Below, piece by piece: positions 10,271-18,816 of a stretch of 64,000 bases of DNA. Position 1 is the stretch's first letter. Each line of letters starts with the position of its first letter. Where the stretch lies: positions 128,001 to 192,000 of the forward strand of contig OY969807.1 in NCBI GenBank assembly GCA_963703285.1, written 5' to 3'. The translations under genes and the position numbers were made by a program. This stretch comes from an uncultured Nitrososphaerota archaeon. Its GTDB lineage: Archaea; Thermoproteota; Nitrososphaeria; Nitrososphaerales; Gagatemarchaeaceae. The notes beneath the pieces are model-generated. The model worked only from the letters and a program-made list of their open reading frames with translations, did not search any database and was not told the DNA's origin.

Positions 10271-11116
10271 ATGTCCACAACCAGAAACCGGTTCAAGCTC
10301 TCCACGGGGCGCATCGGGCTCATCGTTGGCTTCTCGGTCCTGGTCTTCTTGCTGAGCCTCCCCCTCGTCGCGGGGACCAAGACGTACCCTGTGGCCGTCG
10401 TCCAGGGGAACAGCATGTATCCCAAGCTCCAGAACGGCGAGCTCGTCTTCTTCGAAGCCCAGCACGGACCCATCCAGAATGGCACGATTATAGTCTTCGT
10501 CCAGAGCGGCACCGGCGTCCCCGGCCTCGACGCCTTCCTCAAGCCCATCGTGATTCACAGGGTCGTATCGGTGGGCCAGGAGCCGAACGGTATGGCCGAT
10601 TATCAGACGAAGGGAGACAACAACCTAGCAAACGACCCGTTTGTCACCGATGCCAACCAGGTCCTAGGCGTGCCTGCCATCGAGATCCCCTACCTCGGTC
10701 TCCCTATACTCTTCCTCCAGACGCCCTACGGGCTCGTCGCGGCCACGGCACTCCTCTGCCTGTTCTTCCTCTCAGGAGTTGACACAAGACTGGACAAGGA
10801 GGAGGAGAGGAAACGCCTCGTGGCGGTCTTCGCAAGATACTCGCTCAACGGAAGGATCTCGCCGTCCCAGTTCGAGAGGCTGAAACTGGCCGTGGAGTAT
10901 TACGAGGACATCCCCGTCGACCTTCTGAGCGATCCCACGATGCTATCGGTGGTCGACTGGCTGAAGGAGAGGGGGCTCGAGACCGGATGGAAGGAGGAGC
11001 AAGTGCCTTGCCCCACGTGCGGCGCTTCGGCGTTCAGGATTGTCAGCGGGTCCAAGTTCTTCCTCATCTGTCCGTCGTGCAGCGAATGGAGACCGCCACC
11101 CAGACAGAACGCGTGA
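10271..11116 (+). CDS. Signal peptidase I, Sec11/SipW type, with C-terminal Zn-ribbon extension
   Basis: VVQGNSMYP (Ser), IVIHRVV (His), TKGDNN; CPTC...CPSC at C-terminus. Confidence 0.88.
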   Translation: MSTTRNRFKLSTGRIGLIVGFSVLVFLLSLPLVAGTKTYPVAVVQGNSMYPKLQNGELVFFEAQHGPIQNGTIIVFVQSGTGVPGLDAFLKPIVIHRVVSVGQEPNGMADYQTKGDNNLANDPFVTDANQVLGVPAIEIPYLGLPILFLQTPYGLVAATALLCLFFLSGVDTRLDKEEERKRLVAVFARYSLNGRISPSQFERLKLAVEYYEDIPVDLLSDPTMLSVVDWLKERGLETGWKEEQVPCPTCGASAFRIVSGSKFFLICPSCSEWRPPPRQNA

Positions 11117-11151
11117 CGAGTTTTGCACCCATCACGATTGCGGCCGCCGGC

Positions 11152-11535
11152 CTACTTCCTGAAGAGCTCTATCCAGTTGCCGTCCGGGTCCTCCAGGTAG
11201 GCTTGCCACCCTTCAGTGCTCTCAGGGGTGACTTCGGTCCCTTTTGCTCCCTTTGACAAGAGCTCCGAGTAGGCCGTTGAGACGTCCTCGACCAGGAATC
11301 CGATGTGGTCGAGCCCCTCGCCCGGTGAGTAGGGTGTGGCGAACCTAGAGCCCACATGGTACCAGTTCAGCTCGAGCTGTTGTCCGCTCGCAGGGTCCCG
11401 CAGCACGATCCAGCGGCCCCTTCCGTGCTCCGTCATGTCCCCCCTCATGACCTCCTGCAGCCCGAGTGCGGTGGTGTAGAACTTGAGCGAGGCCTCGAGG
11501 TCGGTCACTCTTATCCCGAAGTACTCCATCTTCAT
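11152..11535 (-). CDS. VOC/glyoxalase I family protein
   Basis: IRVTDLEASLKFY, LDHIGFLVED, DPDGNWIEL. Confidence 0.9.
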   Translation of the reverse strand: MKMEYFGIRVTDLEASLKFYTTALGLQEVMRGDMTEHGRGRWIVLRDPASGQQLELNWYHVGSRFATPYSPGEGLDHIGFLVEDVSTAYSELLSKGAKGTEVTPESTEGWQAYLEDPDGNWIELFRK

Positions 11536-11565
11536 GCTCGGGATCTCTGCGGCCTTTGAGATAAG

Positions 11566-11928
11566 CTATGCCACGCCCCGGGTCCGCCTCAGGTAAAGAG
11601 GAACCAACACCACCAGGCAGACCTGCATCGCAGACCCCGCCGCGAATATGAAGAACGCGCCGACCTGACCGCTTTCAGCGAACGCGTAGTGCTCAGGCTG
11701 GGGCAGGGAGACGGCGAGGACGATGAGCGCTAGCGTGGCGACGGCGAAGTATCCGCTTCTGTGCCCGAGCACGACGGCTAGGGCAGCCGCAGCGTAGGCG
11801 ACCTCTCCGACCGCTATGCCTGCGAGCAGCCACGAAGGGACGAGCGCGCTCGCGGCATAGACGAACAGAAGCCCCAGCGCCACCGACGCGTAGACCAGCG
11901 AGTCTATCGCCCTCTTCAGACCGCCCAT
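11566..11928 (-). CDS. Hypothetical 4-TM membrane protein
   Basis: Four hydrophobic segments; ATG at 11928. Confidence 0.6.
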   Translation of the reverse strand: MGGLKRAIDSLVYASVALGLLFVYAASALVPSWLLAGIAVGEVAYAAAALAVVLGHRSGYFAVATLALIVLAVSLPQPEHYAFAESGQVGAFFIFAAGSAMQVCLVVLVPLYLRRTRGVA

Positions 11929-12006
11929 CCCGTCCCCGAGCCTATGGCCGGGATTAGCATGATAAATACCAGGCATCGATTTCTAAGCTTCGGAGACGGT
12001 CGGCGC

Positions 12007-12291
12007 ATGAGCTCGGGTCGCAAAACCATCAAGATCGTCGTGAAGGGTCGGGTCCAGGGCGTGTCTTTCAGGGCCTCTCTCCACGAGAGGGCGGTGCGTC
12101 TTAGGGTGGACGGCTGGGTCCGCAACAGACCAGACGGGTCCGTAGAAGCCCTCCTCCAGGGTGATGTTGAGAGCGTCAGGAGGGTGGTCGAGTGGGCCAG
12201 GGTAGGTCCCCCGATGGCGGAGGTCTCCGCTGTCGCCGAGGAGGCGCTCGAGCAATACCCGCACCAGATCGGTTTTCGGGTCATTGCTTAA
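12007..12291 (+). CDS. acyP: Acylphosphatase
   Basis: GRVQGVSFR and GWVRNRPDGSVE. Confidence 0.93.
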   Translation: MSSGRKTIKIVVKGRVQGVSFRASLHERAVRLRVDGWVRNRPDGSVEALLQGDVESVRRVVEWARVGPPMAEVSAVAEEALEQYPHQIGFRVIA

Positions 12292-12332
12292 CCCTGAAAG
12301 GATAAAATCTGCTGTCGCGAGGCCACCCGAAC

Positions 12333-13343
12333 GTGAAGAAGGTCGCTCTGATCGAGGGTGACGGCACTGGGCCCGAACTCGTCGAGGCGATGATGATCGT
12401 CCTGAAAGCAAGCGGCGCCGACGCGGAGTTCATTCGCTGCGAGGCGGGCGCGGAGTGGTGGGGGAGGAACAAGGGGCCGAGCTTCGTCCCCGACGAAACC
12501 TGGAAGGTCCTGGAGGAGGCCGACTGCTGCTTCAAGGGGCCGACGACCACGCTCTCCATCCCGGGCACGCCGAGGTCTGTTGCGATCAGCATCCGCCAGA
12601 GGTTCAATCTCTACGCGAACGTCAGGCCGATCAAGACGTTCCCGGGGCACCCCGGCCCCCTCGGCCCGGTCGACTTCGTCTGCGTCCGAGAAGGGACGGA
12701 GGGACTCTACTCCGGTATCGAATACAAGCTGAACGAGGACGTGGCGGCCGCGGTCAGGGTCATCAGCCGCGACAAGTCGACGAAGGTCGCTCGCTTCGCG
12801 TTCGAGGAGTCGAGGAGGAGGGGCTGGACGAAGCTCGCCGCCATAAACAAGGCAAACATCCTGAAGGTCACCGATGGCCTCTTCCTGGAATCGGTGCACG
12901 AGGTCGGCAAGGCCTACCCGGAGGTCGCGATTGAAGACCTCTTCATCGACAACTTCTCCCAGCAGCTCATCAAGAACCCGCAGAGGTTCGATCAGACAGT
13001 CGTCGTGGGCACGAACCTCTTCATGGACATAGTCTCCGAGGAGGCCGCCGGCCTAGTGGGGTCCATCGCGCTGATCTACTCGGCGAACATAGGAGACCAC
13101 TACGCGATGTTCGAGCCCGCACACGGGAGCGCCCCGAAGTACAAGGGGCTCAACAAAGTCAACCCATCGGCGACGATTCTCTCGGCCGCCTGGATGCTCG
13201 AATACCTGGGGCAGGGCAGCGCGGGGAAGGCGATTGTGGAGGCGACTACCAAGGTCCTCGCTGAACGGGAGCACGTCACCTATGACCTCGGGGGGACCGC
13301 GGGGACGAGGGAGATGGCGCAGGCGATTGCCGCGCACCTTTGA
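12333..13343 (+). CDS. Isocitrate/isopropylmalate dehydrogenase family protein
   Basis: GDGTGPE, LYANVRP, NKANIL, FEPAHGSAP. Confidence 0.92.
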   Translation: MKKVALIEGDGTGPELVEAMMIVLKASGADAEFIRCEAGAEWWGRNKGPSFVPDETWKVLEEADCCFKGPTTTLSIPGTPRSVAISIRQRFNLYANVRPIKTFPGHPGPLGPVDFVCVREGTEGLYSGIEYKLNEDVAAAVRVISRDKSTKVARFAFEESRRRGWTKLAAINKANILKVTDGLFLESVHEVGKAYPEVAIEDLFIDNFSQQLIKNPQRFDQTVVVGTNLFMDIVSEEAAGLVGSIALIYSANIGDHYAMFEPAHGSAPKYKGLNKVNPSATILSAAWMLEYLGQGSAGKAIVEATTKVLAEREHVTYDLGGTAGTREMAQAIAAHL

Positions 13344-13347
13344 GCTG

Positions 13348-13676
13348 GGTTCTGTTAAGTTGATGGGCCGTCCTTCGGACTCTGGGCGCTGTAAACCTTC
13401 GGGCCACGACTGGTGTTCTGAATGACGATTAGGTCTGTGGGTGAATGGAATTCTGCGTGTGGCTAGCAAGGCGCCTACGCCCAAGCCGACGGGTATCAGC
13501 CATATCGCATTCATCCACGCTACTTGTCCGCACGCTGTGCTACATATTCCCTGACACGGTGGAAGTGGTGTCAATGTGCCGCAGTAGACCTGTATCCCAG
13601 CCACTGCCAGGATTAGTTCTATTGCAGCAAATGGTGCAAATCCGACCAGAAAGTTCTGAACGGTGACGTGGTTCAT
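13348..13676 (-). CDS. Cargo small membrane protein with Cys-rich loop; ORF reads out through the TIR (track ORF 13053-13676)
   Basis: Two TM segments around YCGTLTPLPPCQGICSTACG; lower GC; TATA-like TATAT upstream. Confidence 0.45.
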
Positions 13677-13848
13677 CTTGCTTCAGTGTCCTGAGTTGAC
13701 TGGAAGGATATAGACGTGCTGTCACGAACGCGTCTTGAAGAATCAGCCTCATGGCCCGTCAACTTAACAAAGCCCATGAAAGCGACTTATGGCCCGACCC
13801 TTAACAGGCCCAAAATCCTCAGGTGTGGCCCATCAAGTTAACAGAGCC
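13348..13848. mobile_element. 501-bp non-autonomous TIR element (IS6-like ends) with cargo ORF
   Basis: TIRs GGTTCTGTTAAGTTGATGGGCC and revcomp GGCTCTGTTAACTTGATGGGCC (20/22); flanking direct repeat TGAGCTG at 13341-13347 and 13849-13855. Confidence 0.85.
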
Positions 13849-13891
13849 TGAGCTGGGAACGCTTATCTAACTGGAGACGACCGGTGACTTC

Positions 13892-14524
13892 ATGTCTCTT
13901 CTGGTCAAGATAGACGCCGAGATCGAGAAACAGAGCCTGCTCAAGCACCCGTTCTACAGGATGTGGTCCGAGGGCAAACTGACTCGGGAGAGCCTCGCCG
14001 GCTACTCCATGGAGTACTTCCAGCTGGTCAAGGTCGTCCCGAGGCTCGTCTCGAACGTGGCCTCCCTGGCCGGACCGTCCCGCGCCGGCCCCATGATGGA
14101 GAACATGGAGGAAGAGCTCACGCACATCGAACCGTGGGTGAGGTTCGCAGGTTCACTGGGAGTGACCAGGCGCAGGCTCGACGGGTATCGCGGCGCTCCC
14201 GCGACCCTCAGATCTGTCCGGGCGCTGGAAGGGTTGACCTCCTCGGCATTCGAGGAAGGGGCCGCAGCGATGTACGCCTACGAGAAGCAGCTCCCCGAGA
14301 TAAGCCGCTCCAAGATAGAAGGGCTGAGGAAGTTCTACGGAATGGAGGGTGGTGACGCGACGAGATACTTCGAGCTCCACGAAGAGGCCGACGTAAGGCA
14401 CGCCGCGGTCTGGAGAGCGTTCATAGCGAGGCCAAAGTCCGAGGACAGGGTCATGAAGGCTGTGGATGATTCCCTGGGTGCGCAGAACGCGCTCCTAGAC
14501 TCTGTCATGGCAAACCACTGCTGA
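13892..14524 (+). CDS. CADD/PqqC/TenA-like dimetal oxygenase, probable pABA synthase
   Basis: HPFY, EEELTH, YEKQ, SKIEGL, HEEADVRH; directly upstream of folB-folK. Confidence 0.8.
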   Translation: MSLLVKIDAEIEKQSLLKHPFYRMWSEGKLTRESLAGYSMEYFQLVKVVPRLVSNVASLAGPSRAGPMMENMEEELTHIEPWVRFAGSLGVTRRRLDGYRGAPATLRSVRALEGLTSSAFEEGAAAMYAYEKQLPEISRSKIEGLRKFYGMEGGDATRYFELHEEADVRHAAVWRAFIARPKSEDRVMKAVDDSLGAQNALLDSVMANHC

Positions 14525-14593
14525 ATTCTTGGCTTGCCGACATCCAGGAGCCAACCTTAAGGCTGAGTCGTCCGGAGCTCGTCCGCGTCCTCG

Positions 14594-14962
14594 ATGACCG
14601 ACAGGATCTTCGTAGACAACGTCCGTGTCAGTTGCCAGGTGGGCATTACTCCCGAGGAGAGACGCCAGTCGCAGGACGTCATCGTCGACGTGAGCCTGTT
14701 CCTGAGCCTCGCACGCGCGGGAGGGAGCGACGACGTGGACGACACGGTAAACTACAAGGATGTCATGGATCGCGTCACCTCGGTCGTCTCTGGAGGGGAG
14801 TTCACCCTGCTCGAGACCGTCGCCGACGGCGTGGCCCGGGCGGTCTTGGAGGCGTTTCCAGTCGAGAGGGTCGTAGTCAGGGTCCGCAAGGCGAAGTACT
14901 CCCTCGAGCCATCCATCGGCGTCGAGATCGACCGGAGCAGAGAGACGTGGTCGAGTCGATAG
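14594..14962 (+). CDS. folB: Dihydroneopterin aldolase
   Basis: DRIFV, GITPEER, SDDVDDTVNY, LLETVA. Confidence 0.92.
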   Translation: MTDRIFVDNVRVSCQVGITPEERRQSQDVIVDVSLFLSLARAGGSDDVDDTVNYKDVMDRVTSVVSGGEFTLLETVADGVARAVLEAFPVERVVVRVRKAKYSLEPSIGVEIDRSRETWSSR

Positions 14963-15468
14963 TGGCGCTCGGCTCGAACCTGGGGGACAGGGTGGGCAAC
15001 CTCAGGCGCGCCATCGAAGCGGTCGGCAAACTCGGGGAGGTCACTAGCGTCTCCCCGGTGTACGAGACGGAGCCGATGTATCGAGAGGACCAGGGCTGGT
15101 TCCTGAACTGCGTCATCTCGGTCGAGACGGCCCTCGGCCCCAGGGCTCTGCTGGACGCCCTCGAGGCCATAGAAGCGGAGATGGGGAGAAAGCGCGACTC
15201 GAGGTACGGCCCGCGCGTCGTGGACCTGGATATCCTCTTCTACGACGGCGCGGTTGTCTCTGAGCCTGGGCTGGAGATACCTCATCCGAAGATCTCTGAG
15301 AGACCGTTCGTCCTGGCCCCTCTGAAGGAGATACGTCCCGGATTCACCGACCCGGTCACTGGGAAGACCGTATCGCAGATGGCCGACTCTCTGAAGAGTG
15401 GAAAGAAGGTGGTCAGGAGGCCGGACCTGCTCTCGGACCTTGTCTCGTCAGCGCCTCGGCGACCCTGA
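14947..15468 (+). CDS. folK: 6-hydroxymethyl-7,8-dihydropterin pyrophosphokinase
   Basis: ALGSNLGDR, YETEP, FLNCV, GPRVVDLDIL, IPHP; GTG start at 14947. Confidence 0.93.
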   Translation: MVESIVALGSNLGDRVGNLRRAIEAVGKLGEVTSVSPVYETEPMYREDQGWFLNCVISVETALGPRALLDALEAIEAEMGRKRDSRYGPRVVDLDILFYDGAVVSEPGLEIPHPKISERPFVLAPLKEIRPGFTDPVTGKTVSQMADSLKSGKKVVRRPDLLSDLVSSAPRRP

Positions 15469-16303
15469 CCGCCTGAGCCGTCTCCTTCACGTCGTGTGTC
15501 CTTATCATGTCGGCCCCGTTCGCGACAGCGATCGCCGTGGCCGCGATCGACCCGGTGAGCCTCTCTCCCGGGTCGTCGAGCTTCAGGATTCTTCCGAGGA
15601 ACGACTTCCGGGAGAGACCGACGCACAGCGGCCTCCCCAGCGACCTCAGCTCCTGCAGGTCCGCGAGGACGGCAGCGTCCCACCGGTGCCAGGGCATCAG
15701 CGCCTGAGGCGAGTACGCCCTCCCGGCGCCCTCCTCCCTGAAGAACCCTATACCCGGGTCCAGGACTATCCTTTCTTCCTGGATGCCGGCCCCCTCGGCG
15801 ATTGCGAGCGTCCTCTGCAACGCCTCGCGAACCTGGACGATGGGTCGAGCCCGCGAGCTCTGCGAGGAGTGGGCCATCGCAAGGAGCGAGGCTCCGTGGT
15901 CCTTCACTACCGTCGCCATCTCTCCGTCGTTCTTGAGCCCCGAGACGTCGTTGACGGCGCACGCGCCTGCCTTGAGCGCCAGCTCGGCCACCGATGCGCG
16001 CAGGGTGTCGACCGAGATGACCACGTCAAGGCCCTCGAGAGCGCGCAGCGCCGCCGCTATCCTCTCCTTCTCCACCTCCTCGCTCACCTCGCTCTTGAGG
16101 TAGGGGGCGGTGGACATCGCACCGACGTCAATAATGTCCGCGCCGCTCTCGACGGCTCTCCTCACGGTCGCCACCATCGCCCGGGAGGTCGTGACGACAG
16201 AGCCCTTGTAGAACGACTCGGGGCTGACGTTCACGGCCGCCATGATCCGGACCGGAAAGCCGGGCCCGACCTGCAGGGGACCGAGTCTGGCGGTCTTCCT
16301 CAA
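15413..16303 (-). CDS. folP: Dihydropteroate synthase
   Basis: VNVSPESF, IDVGAMST, LDPGIGF, GLSRKSF, IRTHDV. Confidence 0.93.
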   Translation of the reverse strand: MRKTARLGPLQVGPGFPVRIMAAVNVSPESFYKGSVVTTSRAMVATVRRAVESGADIIDVGAMSTAPYLKSEVSEEVEKERIAAALRALEGLDVVISVDTLRASVAELALKAGACAVNDVSGLKNDGEMATVVKDHGASLLAMAHSSQSSRARPIVQVREALQRTLAIAEGAGIQEERIVLDPGIGFFREEGAGRAYSPQALMPWHRWDAAVLADLQELRSLGRPLCVGLSRKSFLGRILKLDDPGERLTGSIAATAIAVANGADMIRTHDVKETAQAVRVAEALTRQGPRAGPAS

Positions 16304-16389
16304 GGAATTCGGCTCTTGCTTCAGCCGGTGTAAATCTATCGGTCACCGGCCCGACTCGTTATCCTTTTTAGCGCCCCCCGGGTCTCCAA

Positions 16390-16950
16390 ATGGCGATGGC
16401 GACCAGCGAGGAACAGCTGAAGAAGGCTGCCGACCTGAAGCTCTGGATAGAGTCGAGGATATCCGAACTCCAGGAGGAGGTCGAGAGGCTGAGGGAGGCG
16501 CAGACTATGGTCGATTCGGTCCTGAGGGCGTCGAGCTTCCGGCCCGCGTCCGAGGTCCTCGCGCGGCCGAAGGAGGAGACGGGTCAGATACCCGAGATGC
16601 GGGAGCTGCGCAGGGACAAGGGCGGCGAGACGATAGCGGTCGCCAAGATCACGAAGGAGAGGCTTGTCGTCGAACCTGTGGCGGAGGTCTCCCTGAAGTC
16701 GGAGACGCCTCCCTTCAAGTCGTTCCTCCTGGGGAAGATTCTCGCGGGGATGAAGGCGAAGGACGAAGCTCTAGTCTCGAGCGGGAAGCTCGAGAAGGGA
16801 AGGGAGATGAGGTTCAGCGTCGCCGAGAGGTCCGGCAAAATAGGCGTGCTGACCATCGAGAACTATAGGGAAGGCGAGCGGCTGAACGAGATTCTGAACA
16901 CGGTGTCCTGGACCTTCTCTAGAATGCTCGAGAAGGTCCCTACTTCATGA
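16390..16950 (+). CDS. Hypothetical protein with N-terminal coiled coil
   Basis: Host-like codon usage; fills gap between folP and the ACT gene. Confidence 0.7.
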   Translation: MAMATSEEQLKKAADLKLWIESRISELQEEVERLREAQTMVDSVLRASSFRPASEVLARPKEETGQIPEMRELRRDKGGETIAVAKITKERLVVEPVAEVSLKSETPPFKSFLLGKILAGMKAKDEALVSSGKLEKGREMRFSVAERSGKIGVLTIENYREGERLNEILNTVSWTFSRMLEKVPTS

Positions 16951-17446
16951 CGGTGACGCTTCTCACTTCGCTAAGCTTGTTGAGCTCGTCCAGTACGTCG
17001 CCCGGCACCTGGCCCTCCACCACCAGCGTGAGCTTGGCGCCGGGGACCATGTCGGGGTCCTCCGCGAGCGCCTGGCGGACGATGACCCCATGCCTTGCCA
17101 GGGCCGCGGCGGCGGCAGCGAGGACGCCCGCAGCCCTGGGATCTGCGTCGATGACGATTGCCGAGTAGCCCAGCCTGGAGGCGACCGGGACGAGGCTGGA
17201 GCCGACGGGCGCTATCCTGGAGAACACCGAATACAGGAACTCGTCCCCCCTTATCTGCTCCGCAGTCTGCTTGACGACGCGCCTGTCCGCCCCCAGGTCC
17301 CTCGCGAGCGCCGAGTAGTCGACCTCCAGGCCGCCGACGAAGAGCCGGCTGTCGTCGGAGACCCTGACGCCGTACTCGAGCATCTTCCGCGCCACGCCGA
17401 GCCTGACCTTCTGACCCTCGAACTGCTCCCTTACCCTTGACCACAA
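16940..17446 (-). CDS. ACT-domain regulator of amino acid metabolism (COG2150-like)
   Basis: MW...VARKMLEYG, DRRVV, C-terminal ACT-like VRQALAEDP. Confidence 0.8.
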   Translation of the reverse strand: MWSRVREQFEGQKVRLGVARKMLEYGVRVSDDSRLFVGGLEVDYSALARDLGADRRVVKQTAEQIRGDEFLYSVFSRIAPVGSSLVPVASRLGYSAIVIDADPRAAGVLAAAAAALARHGVIVRQALAEDPDMVPGAKLTLVVEGQVPGDVLDELNKLSEVRSVTVMK

Positions 17447-17471
17447 GGTCGCTTCCTCTCTCCGCGCTGAG

Positions 17472-18812
17472 TCAGGGCGCCGAGCCGTAGGCCCTCGTTA
17501 TCTTGACCCCGTCGACGAGTATCCAGGGGCAGAGGGTCGGCGTGTCGACCTCCCACCACTCTATCCACTCCCTCTCCTTGGAGAGCAGCTTGACGGACGA
17601 GAAGATTCTCTCGAGCGTGTCGCTCATCCTGAGCCCGCTCAGCGGCTTGGTCACCCTGCCATTCTCGACGAGGTAGGTGCCGTCCCTCGGCACGGTGGAG
17701 AACTCCCCCGTCCTGTAGTTGGTGAACCTGGTGTACCAGTTGCTCGTAAGGATCACTCCCCTCTTCATCTCCTTCACCATCTCGTCATAGCGCGAGTCCC
17801 CCGCGCCCACCTCGAGGTTCCAGGGGTTCGGCTCAATCCAGCCTGCGTTTCCTGTGCTCTCCGTCTTGAAGGTCTTCGCGGTGGTGAGGTTGTGCAGGTA
17901 GCTCGCGAGAACTCCCCGCTCGATTATCTTGGTGGTCTGGGTGGGCGTCCCCTCGTCGTCGAAGTTCCTGCCCCCTAGGCCCCCCTTGACCCTCCCGTGG
18001 TCGGTCAGGTCGAAGTTCCCGGTGGCGACCTTCTTCCCCATCTTGCCGACGAGGTAGGACGTCCCCGCCTCGACTGCGAAAGCTGACGCGAAGCCGCCCA
18101 TGAGCGATATCAGGTTCGCGGCGACCGTCGGACTCATGAGCACCTGGTAGGTCCCCTCTTCGGGCTTCTTCGAGTTGAGCATGCGTCTTGCGTCGCTACC
18201 GGCCCTCCTTCCCGCCTCGGCCGGCTTGAACCCCTTGAGGTCGGAGGAGCAGGACAGCCCGTGGCCGCTGGCGTTCCTCTCAGTGAAGGCCCTGACGTTC
18301 AGTAGGATGCTGGAGGTGGTGTCGTGTCCCTCGGTCCCGTTCGAAGACAGAATGTGCGTGCTGACCAGCGACGCCTCGAGCGCTCCCGCGCTCCTGCGCC
18401 CGCCCGCCTCGTGGACGGACGCGATCGCCTCCCGGGCGTAGTCGGAGACCTCCTTCTCGGCCTCCCCGAGCCTCCTGTCGAACGTGCCAGGCCGCGTGAA
18501 CTTCGAGGGCGAGCCGGGAAGAGGAGCGTAGACGGCCCCTCGGGAGAGGTTCATCATCGTCTTGTAGAGGCGCTCGACGAACGCCCCGAGGCTCGCGCCT
18601 TCGGTGTTCGAGGACCCCCCGACTATCCTCCTTCCTCCCTTTGCGAGGTACACGGACACCTCGCTCTCCTCGGCCCTCTTCGCCACCGAGAGGGAGTCGT
18701 TCGCGAACCTCACCATCTGCACCCTTCCGACCGAAGAGAGGAGGACGGCCTCGTCGACTCCGAGGTTCCTCGCAGCCTTCAGGCCGAGTTCGTTTAGCTC
18801 GCCGGGCTTCAA
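17472..18812 (-). CDS. TldE/PmbA family protein
   Basis: VRFAN, FDDEGTP, STGNAG, WYTRF; lacks HExxxH. Confidence 0.88.
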   Translation of the reverse strand: MKPGELNELGLKAARNLGVDEAVLLSSVGRVQMVRFANDSLSVAKRAEESEVSVYLAKGGRRIVGGSSNTEGASLGAFVERLYKTMMNLSRGAVYAPLPGSPSKFTRPGTFDRRLGEAEKEVSDYAREAIASVHEAGGRRSAGALEASLVSTHILSSNGTEGHDTTSSILLNVRAFTERNASGHGLSCSSDLKGFKPAEAGRRAGSDARRMLNSKKPEEGTYQVLMSPTVAANLISLMGGFASAFAVEAGTSYLVGKMGKKVATGNFDLTDHGRVKGGLGGRNFDDEGTPTQTTKIIERGVLASYLHNLTTAKTFKTESTGNAGWIEPNPWNLEVGAGDSRYDEMVKEMKRGVILTSNWYTRFTNYRTGEFSTVPRDGTYLVENGRVTKPLSGLRMSDTLERIFSSVKLLSKEREWIEWWEVDTPTLCPWILVDGVKITRAYGSAP

Positions 18813-18816
18813 CTTC

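Noticed and set aside
13753-13848. Mini CRISPR array
   Set aside because: Repeats are degenerate, spacers are only about 14-16 nt, no cas genes are nearby, and the motif recurs inverted at the other end of the element, so these are transposon end repeats.
13800-13891. TPP riboswitch upstream of a TenA-like gene
   Set aside because: No CTGAGA/ACCTGA core. The sequence is the TIR and TSD, and the gene fits CADD/folate better.
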